A DNA stretch of 64,000 nucleotides from Bugula neritina (taxonomy: Eukaryota > Animalia > Bryozoa). A program made the position numbers and the translations under genes. Every line of letters begins with the position of its first letter. The first letter of the stretch is position 1. The stretch spans positions 18,149,700-18,213,699 of the forward strand of contig OZ037768.1 in NCBI GenBank assembly GCA_964035545.1. The letters run 5' to 3'. Below are positions 12,101-22,900 of this stretch, piece after piece. The notes under the pieces are model-generated. The model was given only the letters and a program-made list of their open reading frames with translations. It made no database searches and was not told the DNA's origin.

Positions 12101-13700
12101 CCGCGAGGGCATCTAGAGACTCATCTATCCGTGGGAGAGGGTAGGCGTCCTGGATGGTAACGCTGTTAAGTCTGCGGTAGTCCACGCAGAATCTCCAGCT
12201 ACCATCCTTCTTCTTGACCAGGACCAATGGGGAGCTTCACGCACCGTGGGCAGGCTCAATCAGATCCCGGTCCAGAAGATCCTGTACCTGTCGGCTCACC
12301 TCCTTCTCCTTCTCCGGGCCTAGACGTCGGGTAGGTTGCCTGATGGGAGTGGTGCCGGCTGCCAGGGGTATCTCGTGGGAGATAACCTTAGTCAGCCCCA
12401 TGTCTCCATCGCCACGACTGAAGACATCACTGTACTCCGCGAGTAGTTGAGCCAGTACTTGGCGTTCAGTACTACTCGTACAGTTTCCGCATGCTCCGCC
12501 ATACAGGTCAACCAAGTGCTCCGGGACTGCTCCTCGTCTGGTGTGAGGGGGGTTCCCCTGGGTGTCGGCCACTGTCTCCAGTGCCGGACCCACATCCGCT
12601 TCCTGGATGGAGTGGTACTTCCCCACCAGCGCTCCGGCCGATAATCGGACAGGTTCCGTGAAGGGGTTGATGCACTGCACGAGGAGCTCTTGCCGACAAT
12701 CTAGCCGATTCAGGCTGTTTGCTAGTCGGATGGCTCCGTGCGTTCCTTCAACCATCCCCAGGCCGGCGATCCCCTTGCAGTTGACTCTGCATCGGAGAGT
12801 CGCCTGGGACCTCCCCGGAACTGTGCAGTCCCGCACTACCTGGACTCCGCCCACCAAGGGTCTGCCAAACTTGTCAACACAGACAAGTTCCTTCCCAGCC
12901 ATCACCACCACTGACTTCTGGAAATCCATGTGACACTGGTGTTTCTCCAGGAAGGGCATTCCCAAGATGGCGTCCTCCTTCAGCTGGCTGACTATGAACG
13001 TCTCGTGAATTGCTTGATCACGGACGCGTCCAGGCAGTGAGATGACGCCGTAGAAAGGAATGCATGATCCATCCGCCAACGTACCATGCGCACCTTCATA
13101 CGGCTCGAGGCTCGCCCGCTCTCGAGCCCCAAGAGTGTCAAAGAGACGCCGACTCAGCAGGTTGGTAGTGCACCCAGTATCCAGTAGGAATGTGGCAGCT
13201 TTACCCGAAATCTTCCCGGGCAGGAAGTAGCTGCTTCCGTACGGCTGGGTGCTCCTGGAGCGGTCAGTCTCTGGGGGAGACACAACTTGGGTCCGCACAG
13301 CGGGCCTCCTCTTCGTCTTAGAGACAACGGGGGTTTTCTGAGGTCGGGAGGGTAGCTTGGGGTACTCTTGCGAGTAAGCTGAATCTTCCTCCACGATCTC
13401 CTCGGGCAACCCCGCGAACCGGTTACGGAGTGGCCAGGCTGGAGGATCGGGTAGACCTTGCGGTCTCCGAGATCTCCGAGGTGCCTGTCATCCGGTTTCT
13501 TCTAGTTTCATCCGGGTATCGAGTGGCATGGCAGGAGGATCGGGTAGGCCTTTCGGTCTCCGAGATCTCCGGTTTGCTTGCCACTCGATGTAGGTCGACT
13601 CTGGAGAGGTCTCTTCTGTTGTCTTCCGAGTCCTATCCCGGACCGGATTGGCGTGGGGCCCACGGGTGGTGGAATTCACCGTGAGCCTCGGGTGTTTAAA
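9116..13700 (-). pseudogene. pol: pol polyprotein (protease, RT, RNase H, integrase) disrupted by 3 in-frame TGA and 1 frameshift
   Basis: FLLDTGC protease; [22 protein letters not shown]; DTDAS...ELLAV...TDH RNase H; H-H-C-C, AVD/TDQG/VER and GPY integrase motifs. ORFs 13488-13679, 12237-13409, 10476-12227 and 9396-10463 share one frame, separated by TGA at 13488, 12237 and 10476. The typical tail RSQRSRRPPRYLADY lies in a shifted frame ending at 9116. Confidence 0.95.
13657..13700 (-). promoter_or_regulatory. -1 programmed ribosomal frameshift signal (gag-pol)
   Basis: T TTA AAC heptamer in the gag frame (13700-13694), 6-nt spacer, then stem GGCTCACGG/CCGTGGGCC (13687-13679 with 13665-13657). 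pol is in the -1 frame. Confidence 0.88.
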
Positions 13701-14575
13701 GGCTTCTGTCCCTTAGGGCAGTGCCTTCTCACATGTCCTGGCATCCCGCACTCCCAACAGGTGGGCAGAGGGGGGCGGACAGGGTCGTCCCGCGAGCGGG
13801 GAGCCCGCCTGTCCGTCTGGTTGCGCTGCAACTTCGCCACCGTAGCCTGCAGGCCTTTCATCATGCTCATCAGCATGTTGAGCTGCGTCTGCTCAGGCGA
13901 CGGAGTAGCTGCTGCTGCCACTTGTGGGGTTGGGGGTACCTCTTCTGTATCTCCGGCCACCTGGCGAGCTGCGTAGTTCGCCCTCCGTGGTTCTTCTACT
14001 TGGAAGTAGGCCTTCCCCATCTCTAGTGCCTCGTCCAGGCTCTTGACCTTCGCGGCCAGCCAGTACCGCTGGAGGTCCGGGTGGTTCACGCTCCGGAAGA
14101 ACGCGTTAAAAACGAGGCGCTTTCGATCTTCGCCAGTGGCGTGACCGAAAGCAGCCTGAGCCAGGCGCTCTACCTCGTTAGCGTGATCTTCCAGAGATGT
14201 CCTTCGGTCTCTCCTCATCACTTGTAGCTGGTCTGACGCCTCTTCCGTGGTCAGGCCGAACCGGGCCCTAAGAGCCCGCATAATGTGGGCTTCGTCGGGT
14301 CCTAGTGCGAAGTTCCTGGCCCGGCCTGTCAGACAGGCCCGGAGTTGGAGGACGCGCACCCGTACTGGCCATTCAGCGGTGGTGGCCACGTCCTCGAACT
14401 CCTTGATGAACTGTTCCACGTCTCCATCTCCTCCGAAAGTCGGGGGCTGGAGGCGATACCTGTCACCAGGTGATGCCTGTCCTTGCCCCCGCAATCCTTG
14501 GAGGGCTGTGACCAGCGCCTCAACAGTGAGGGCTGGTGGTGCTGCTGCCTCAGGGGCTGGGTCCCCTGGGGCCAT
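13676..14575 (-). CDS. gag: Gag (capsid-like region plus CCHC nucleocapsid), intact, 299 aa
   Basis: PPTFGGDGDVEQFIKEFE...LRARFG capsid-type motifs; CWECGMPGHVRRHC knuckle; starts 30 nt after the PBS. Confidence 0.94.
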   Translation of the reverse strand: MAPGDPAPEAAAPPALTVEALVTALQGLRGQGQASPGDRYRLQPPTFGGDGDVEQFIKEFEDVATTAEWPVRVRVLQLRACLTGRARNFALGPDEAHIMRALRARFGLTTEEASDQLQVMRRDRRTSLEDHANEVERLAQAAFGHATGEDRKRLVFNAFFRSVNHPDLQRYWLAAKVKSLDEALEMGKAYFQVEEPRRANYAARQVAGDTEEVPPTPQVAAAATPSPEQTQLNMLMSMMKGLQATVAKLQRNQTDRRAPRSRDDPVRPPLPTCWECGMPGHVRRHCPKGQKPLNTRGSR

Positions 14576-14605
14576 CCTATTCCTCTCAGCAACTAGCTAT
14601 TCGTA

Positions 14606-14625
14606 GAATCCCACCGCTGCCACCA
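14606..14625 (-). other. primer binding site complementary to tRNA-Leu
   Basis: Sense TGGTGGCAGCGGTGGGATTC, 1 nt inside the 5' LTR. The + strand GAATCCCACCGCTGCCA-CCA equals the 3' end of metazoan tRNA-Leu(AAG/TAG class) as I recall it. Confidence 0.9.
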
Positions 14626-14626
14626 A

Positions 14627-15014
14627 TGTGATAGTTTTGTGGGTTGTGAATGAAACTAGTGCTTTACATGCTTGTTATGAGAAACAAGGCGAGAAATAAG
14701 GTAGAAGGTAGATAGCTTTATTGTAGTCCGAGTGAATCAATGGTCTTTATCCAGCGAGCTCCAGTAGTAGACTGAACTATACTGGAACTCGCTGGCTTTT
14801 ATATACATGCAGGACAAAGACATTCCTTTGTTTGCCGAGATTGGAGGCCCGAAATGCCGAATATCGGCACTTCGGGAATCCGAAATGCCGAATCCGGCAT
14901 TTCGGCACTTCGGTATTCCGATATGCCGAGAATCGGCATATCGGTGTTTCGGAGGACCGAAGTGCCGATCTCGGCAACAAAGGACACACACACACACAAC
15001 ATAAATTTACCACA
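14627..15014 (-). repeat. 5' LTR (388 bp) with TATA box
   Basis: TATATAAAA at 14805-14797, AATAAA at 14722-14717, palindrome array at 14824-14984. Confidence 0.97.
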
Positions 15015-18000
15015 CTATTACTATTAGTATATGTATTACACTTAGTTTTCAGTTCAGTTTGGGGGAGTTTCCCACTAAGAACCCCTGGAGGCTGAATGCA
15101 TGGGAACTCGATATATGCATATATAGTTTTAGTGTTTTACTATTACTATTATTATTAGTATTACTAGTAATAGTATTGGTTTTAATATTACATTTACTGT
15201 TTAGTGATCTACTTTCAGTTTTACTGTTTACTCAGTTACACTTACTGTTAGTGTTACCCTTACTGTTATACTTACAGTTACACTTACTGGTAGTGTTACT
15301 GTTAGACTTAGTGTTAACTGTTATGATTATCATTAAGACATTATGATTATGAGTGATTATCATTATGATTATGATTATGAAGTTGAACACCATACGATAA
15401 TTATAATATTAATTATAAACGTATTTCGCAATTTTATAAATATATTCGAATATCGACCGAGTTTGCATATGAGAAATGTGAATACAGAATGACAATTGGC
15501 AACAGCCAAACTCAATCAATCGTACTTATTGTTAATGTGAACAGTGAATGTAAATTCAAATTGACAGCCACGAGTGATGAAACTGCAAACTTTCAAGGAT
15601 TTGTTCACGTTAAAAAGTGATTTTATCACTAATACCTATTGAAGAGGTCAAGCAAGTAAGTGAACACGTAATGGCGCGTTTACTTAAAAAGCTAACGAAC
15701 GCTTTGACCAATGGCGTAAATTATTTTAGTTCTACTTCAATTAGCTGCAGGTAAAACATTGCTTGAACAAAGACATGTTCGCGAGTAACTAAATGCAATA
15801 GCAATTTGAACCAGGAAATTACAACTTCAACTTGACTAAAATAATTATAATATTGTACTTTCATAGGTGAAGGGTTGGGGAATAGTCACGCTGGCCACTG
15901 CACCTTGGAAATTTTTTTTTTTATAAACAATACCAATAGTCGAGCGCACAAAAAAAATTAGATTAGCAACAGGTACGTATCATGCTGCTGTTCAAAAGTG
16001 TTACAGTTAATGTATTATGTTTTTTTATTAATTAAATTTAATTACTATTAGTATTACTATTAGTAATACTAATACGTATTAGTATTAGACGTATTACTAT
16101 TACTATTAGTATTAGTATTAGTAATACTAATAGTTATAGTATTACACTTACACTTACAGTAATACTATTAGTATTACTATTAGATTTAGTGATTACATTT
16201 AATGCTGTACTCATTGACTCAACTCATATAATCATTTTCATACTCATAGTGAGAGTCACTGTCAGTAGTTACCTGTTACTTAGTCATAGTGATACTGATG
16301 AGTGATGGTGATACTCTTACTGATAGTCAGAGTCACTTTGACAGTGATAGTAAAACTAAATGTAGTATCAATGACAATAGACATAGTCATACTAATATTG
16401 TGGTAAATATTAGGAATTATCCCCCTTGACACATTACTTATGGCTATTTTCTAAATACTGTAGTTACAGCTAAGTTTATGGCGTAACTTTCTAATACCTT
16501 AAATACTATGGCTATTATTAAGCCTTTGGCATAGTAAACATTTAATCCCCTTTCCCCAATTATAAGTTACAATACGCATACACTTGGTTGCGTTCATTTT
16601 TGCTGATTCATGTAAACCGACAGTTGGACCGATTTCGGCAGGTGGATGCAGGCAGACCGAATGTCGGTTGCCGATATTTCCAGTGTCGGTTACCGACATG
16701 ACGAATGTCGGTATCCTCTGCCGAACATCGGCCCACTGTCGGTAGAAGGTTCTAGAAGTCCTTTGTTCCACTGGTATAAAAGGACACACATTTTAGAGCT
16801 TCAGTCACTTGTGGACTGGAGCTCACACTGGACACTTCTCTCTACTACAATAAAGTACTGCAAGCACACGGCAACCTCTCTCTCTTGTCTCTTCTATAAC
16901 AAGGAGTTATGTTCTCTGCCTGATTTCATTCTATAACCCACAAAACTACTACAATATTGAGTAATACTAATAGTAATGCTCATAATAATAGTGGCCATAG
17001 CTTGGCTTAAATCTGAAGTCTCAGATTTGAATTAATCAAGTTGACTCGAGTACTTTTACTATTACTATTAGTATTAATTCACCTTACACTTACCGTTACA
17101 GTGATTGAAAATTTCCGCCCTAGTTGAAGTTAAAGTTATGCTCTTTTACATTAAATTATTTTTTGATATGAGTATTAAAACCAATATCACTTTCAATATG
17201 AATGCTGAATCTGATATTTCTGTGAGAGCTAAATTTGTCCTAACATCCAACTCTCAAAACAAGTTCTTTTCTTGACTTTCTTGAGCTCGCACACTGCGCC
17301 ATTTTGAGCAGAAAGCTATTGTGATCACCGATAGGTAGCTTGGTAATGCTTGGTTATAGTCATAATGATTAATTTCCAAACCAGTCTCATAGGCAGGTAT
17401 CATGTATATTGTAATAGATTTTGGAGTTATCTTTTTTTACATATACATATTCGGGAATCTTTTGAGTTTTGGGAGTTATCTTTCTCTTATGCATACAAAT
17501 TTGGGAGCCCTGTTTCTTTTTGTCATGTGAATCTGAATTCGGACATGCATTCGGGCGTTAAATTCTGTCAGATTCGGACGATAAAAGTGACTTGCAAAAT
17601 AGAATTGGTCACATGGCTTAGCAAATTAAATAAAAGGAATAAATACATAGCTAATTGTGTATTAAGCTTTTAGTCAATAATTAATTATAAAATAACTACA
17701 CCAACACATGAGACAAAATTGCAAATTAATTATTCAATTAATGAGAGCTTTTTCCGGATAAATTTCTGGTAACAGTGAACTTAACGTATTAACTTATTTA
17801 TGTTGACCAATTTTCATTGAGATAGGTGAAAAACTTTGAATGACTTCATAGTTTAAGAACAACCTGCAGCAAGTTATTGTTCTAATAATATATATCCTCT
17901 GACAATGTGAAAACAATATTATTTGCAAGTGAATGCATTTTTTCAATGCCTGCAATTCTGAGCAAGTTGTTTACCTATTTGTGTAAAAATTTCTAACTTC

Positions 18001-19184
18001 CTCTTTTATTTTTTGAAGAATATTTTAATAGGGCATTCAGTGAGACTGTTTTTTCTTACCTGACAAAAGTTGGGGTGTCACCGACCAGCTAAACTGTGGG
18101 AAAAACTGCTCTTACGTTTTACCTGCATTTTGTTTCTACTCTTACTGGGTGAACTTTTCATTGTTCAATTCTAACTGATGGGTTCAAACTCTCTCTGTAA
18201 ACTTCTAGCTATTGAATTTGTAGAGTCAAACGCACTATGGTGATCTCAAATACATGTTTTATTCTAGTTCATTCAACCTGTTGTTTTTGAAACATTTTAC
18301 TTTCCCCAACAGTTAATGCCGGTAAGACATGGGAGATTGTAGTGAGCTTTTACTGGTGAGTTGGTGAGAAATCTGCTGATCCTATAATTTATAATAGTAA
18401 AATTCTTACTTCTATAGACACATTAAACTTGATAATTCGAAAATTATTGGACTACATAGGTTTTGTTTAGAACTATTTTAATTTTCCTACATTTTGCATT
18501 TATTGCCCCACAAGTTCTGGTTTGCTCTTCGGAATTAGCTGCTCTTGGCTATTGTTCCACTTCACTACCTCAATAGTCTGATTGGTTGAGTAGTGCTTAA
18601 TAAAAGGTTGGGTGAGCTGAGGGTTGTTCAAAGATCATTCAAATAATTATTTATGTTGACAATACTTCAATTATTTGTACACTGTGCTGGCAATTGGGAT
18701 AAATAATAATCTGATTTAATACAGTTTTTCAAAACTTTCTCACAATGTAAGTGTATATTTGTATATAATATGTGTTGAATGTTATTATATTTTTACTGTT
18801 CCTGTAGATCTGGCTTTAGAATGCTTTGAGTTTGTATAGTTGGCATTGTTGGCACAGCATTTACTTTTTGCAAGGTTTCAGCTGCTACATAAAATGTAAT
18901 ATCATAACCAAAATAGAGTTGAGCTACATGCAATAGCAATTTCTTCATGCTACCTCTTTTTACAACTGTAAATTATTTGTCAAAAATATTAAGTGCAGAA
19001 AACAGTAATACTAATATAAAACATTTCCTAATTTTTTCACCTTTTTCTTTACTTAAGTTTAAGAAATGAGGTGTTCTTTGATTTGATTGATCTAAGTAGT
19101 CCTAATTTCTATGAGCACCACATTTTCAAGTCTATAAATGAGTGAATTATTATTGTAATTGTTTTGCAGAAGTGTTACTTTACA
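15015..19184 (+). repeat. copy 1 of a ~4-kb tandem segmental duplication (blocks X 15015-15620 and Y ~15625-19184)
   Basis: 15385-15620 aligns by eye to 19280-19568. 15660-16040, 16980-17400, 17597-17690 and 18054-19184 align to 29720-30080, 30460-30830, 32599-32690 and 32941-34069. Confidence 0.92.
16399..16953 (+). mobile_element. solo LTR of a related Gypsy family (555 bp)
   Basis: TGTGGTAAAT...AACCCACAAAACTACTACA termini shared with the full-length element's LTR; TSD ATAT; TATAAAA near 16775 and AATAAA near 16849; absent from the paralogous block at about 30360-30460. Confidence 0.92.
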
Positions 19185-19906
19185 CTATTACTATTAGTAT
19201 TAGTATTACATTTAGTTTTATTGTTAATGTTTACTCAGTTACTGTTAGTGTTACACTTACTCTTAGTCTTAGTCTTACTCTTATGATTATGAACAATGAG
19301 AACACCATATGATAATATTAATATTAATAATATTAATTTAAATTTTAAACCTATTTCACAATTATATCATTATATATATAATATATTCAAATAATAATAT
19401 TGACCGAGTTTACAGATGAGAAAGGTGAATACAGAATGGTAATAGACAACAGCCAAACTCAATCAATCGTTCTCATTGCCAATGTGAACAGAGAATGTAA
19501 ATTCAAATTGACCGCCTCGAGTGATGAAACTGCAAATATTCAAGGATTTGTTCACATTCAAAGTCATTAGATGACTAGAGGCTAAAACCATGCGGAAACT
19601 CTATCTAGCCCAAAAATGGGCTGTTGCGTGCGGATTTCAGACCGATTTCATGCGGACAAAATGCTGAGCGAGTAGTGCGGAAGGCTTGTGCGGGTTTGAT
19701 CTAATTGGCTGGTTGCCATTAGCCAGCACAATTTGTGTTTTAATAATTAATGCGCAGTTTAATTTTTTATCGAACTGAATTAAAACATTTTCTTATGGTT
19801 TGCATTTTTCGCTGTTATAATATCTGTGTAAAACTGGCCAGCTTAAGCTTATCAAATAATTAGAATATAAATATTAATTGGTTGTTATAGAATTCTTCAA
19901 CTCACA

Positions 19907-22900
19907 ATGTCAGACTCTAGAGTTGTAAAAAGAAAAGTGGATGACTCATACAGATGTGGATACTGCAACCAGCTGTTCAGCAAATTAGAAGATCCCAGAA
20001 CCTTCCCCTGTCTGCATGTCTACTGTATGAGGTGTTTAACGATGGACAGGAAGACTCATATCAAGTGTGCATATTGTGGGTGAGTTACAGTCAAGAATAA
20101 TAATAATAATATTCACGGACTTTTATAGCCACAGTATTTATATCTTCAAACAGGAAGCAGCGGTGATCTAGGGGTGTGATCTAGGAGTTAGAGCAAGCAG
20201 TAAGCACGAAGTCATAGGTTCGAGCCTTGACAAAGGCCATTGGTGATGTTAGGAAGAACATCCAGTCATAATTGCTCCTGTGCCACATCTGAATAAGTCC
20301 TTAGCCCGATTTAACAAAAAACCCTTCCATCAGGGGTTTTCTCACAAGGATGGTGACTATAAACTTGTGTGAGAATATTTATACATTCAAATGGTCATAT
20401 CTGTACCAGTGCTGTAAATGTTTTATATAAAGTCTAGTTACTATCGAGTTAGTCATCAGGATGATTTCTCTCCTTGTGATGGATGTTAAAAGTTAATAAT
20501 CATCTCATTATTTGTAGCACACTAACTAATAATATATTTTAGAGAGGAATGCTATGAAATCACAGATCCCACAACTCTACCTGTAGCCAAGTTTGGTGAT
20601 CCAATAGAATATACATCTTCACCCAAACATGTACCCATTCCCTGTGATGTATGTGAAGATGAAACAGAAGCTGTAGTTTTCTGTATAGAGAGTGAAAAGA
20701 AGTTGTGTGAACAGCATCAGCAGGTGAGTTGTTATGTGTTGACTGGAGCCATTAGTCCGGGACATACTGATGAGTTGTACTGTAGAATTCTCCTCTGCTC
20801 TCAGGGAAGTGTGAAACAGTCATGGCTGTATATTGTATATAATTTAGTGTTTCAACACAATTCTCAGTATATTATGAAATAAGTAAAAACTAATGTGGTC
20901 ATTATACTGAAATTAAATATGCACTTCTGTTGTTTACTTGCTGTGATTGATGGATTCATCAATCAGTTGGATTTTCTGTTGTCAGAAACATGATGAAGCA
21001 ATAAAAACTTACTTGAACACTAAGCATCAATTTATCCCAATTGATGTCTACACCGCATCTCCACAACGCTATACTACTACTAACTGTGAACATCATGAAC
21101 ATCATCAGCTGATAGAGGCATGTTCTGAGTGTCACCAGATGTTCTGTATTCAGTGTGATTCTAAGAGTGAATGTGAAAAAGTGGCAGGTGATTTCTTTCT
21201 CCAATTTTATATTTTAGCTTTGTATAAATTCTGTCAATATTTAGAAGACATCATTGTTTACATGAGAATAGTATGTGTTCCTGTCTGGCCACATGAATAG
21301 AACTCAGTCTAAGGTAACTGCTGCACTAAATGTCTTGAGGTAAATACTTGAACATTATTTCAGAGGGAAAAGCAACTTCTCACAACGTAACATCGTTGAA
21401 TGATTTATCTCGTGAGCTGAGAGACAAAATGGCTGAGGAAATGAAGATTCTGTCTGAGAAGATTTCAGAATTGAATGACATATCAAAGGATGCTTGGAGA
21501 CAGCTCAGTGAAATAGAAGATGATGTGAAGAGGATGCTTGCCAGAGTATATGCAAAGGTTGGCAGACATGTTTGTAGAGAATATAGGCAACTATTATGTA
21601 GAGTCACGGCATGATCTACCCTGTATAACTGTAGTGGCTGAAACTTTATTATATTATCAACCAAGTTTTAGTCTGTGAGTAGCTGTACTTCGCACAACCA
21701 ATAAAATAATAAAGTAAACAATACACTCTGCATGTCCAGTACTGGATGCCTTGTTGAAATTATATATTCACTATAATATGTAACTACTGGAGTAAAAACC
21801 TCATCCTTTGTACAGTATTTATTGCTGCACTTATTTCTTCATCAACATTATCTGTGCTGTGAAATAATTTATTTGTAACCAGAAATCAGTAGCCATTAAA
21901 CTGTGTCATTGTAATTCTGTGTACTTACTTAGCCATTGATCACATGTTACTCAGTGCAGATGAACCTGTCAGTATAGGTGACTCACTCATCCTTCTACAA
22001 CTGTCAATAACTCACACACACTGCGTTTCCATTATCGCATTATGCGAATGGATTTTCTCATTCGCCTGATGGAAACAGTTGCATCGAAGCAAAACCGCAG
22101 CCGGAAATTACACCGAAGGGCTCCTTCGATGAAAAATTTCCTTCGCATTATGCGCATGATGGAAATGGTTCCTTCGGTTAAATCGAATGAAACCTTTTGT
22201 GCCGGAGGCAGAGATCAGCATTTGTGGCAGCTAGTTACATAGTTACGCGATGTAAACAATAATTATAAGTTACAACCTTCGCTAAAGTGTACTTCGGCTT
22301 TTAAACATTTAAATTATTTTATTTATCCTAGCTGCTATTATTTAAAATCGTTACTAATCATCTTGAATTTGTAAATTTTTTCCGTGTGCCAAAGCTTTCT
22401 CAAGCTAAAAATAATTTGACAGCTATTTTCATTTTGAAAATTTAAATTACTTTTAAGCTTAAGTTTATCCATCAAGAAATACTTTATGCTTTCATTGTAT
22501 TATGCTCTTTCTTTTAAATAAGCTGACTCAAAATTTGTGTATTTAATTGATTTAATCTATCAAAAATGAGGACAGAATTAAAAAAATTGCCGTTGTGCAT
22601 GAAATAAAACTCAAAGTTGGCCATATTAATTATCATTTTAGTTCAGCAGTCACAATTTCAAAGAGAAGATAACTTCGTACGGGTTGCATAGGAACGTGTG
22701 GTTTTTCCTCCGATGTAATCCGTACAGGCACCCGTACGGATTCATTCGCCTTCATGGAAACGCAGTGATAGGGAAGTTGCCTGTGTGAGTTATTGACAGG
22801 TGTCAGAAAGAGGAAACTAGTCACGTGATGTACTGGCAGTCTGCTGTGTATAGAGTGTCACATGACTGAGTCACTGTGTGTCTACTCAGTGGGTGGGCTG

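Larger units (their letters stand above)
7060..15014 (-). mobile_element. full-length Ty3/Gypsy LTR retrotransposon with an extra 3' zinc-finger ORF region
   Basis: TG...CA LTRs 7060-7445 and 14627-15014; 4-bp TSD CTAT (7056-7059 / 15015-15018); PBS and PPT; gag with CCHC knuckle; pol order PR-RT-RNaseH-IN; GC-rich relative to the host. Confidence 0.98.

Noticed and set aside
10476-13490. All three pol stops are TGA, suggesting UGA recoding (Trp/Sec)
   Set aside because: TGA is a true stop in gag, MINDY3 and the TRIM gene. Each case is a single transition from TGG or CGA, and a frameshift is also present.
7895-14606. Many plus-strand ORFs antisense to gag/pol/ORF3
   Set aside because: Shadow ORFs expected in GC-rich coding DNA; none shows motifs.
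20155-20235. tRNA gene
   Set aside because: Only box-like motifs, with no cloverleaf; better explained as a SINE fragment.
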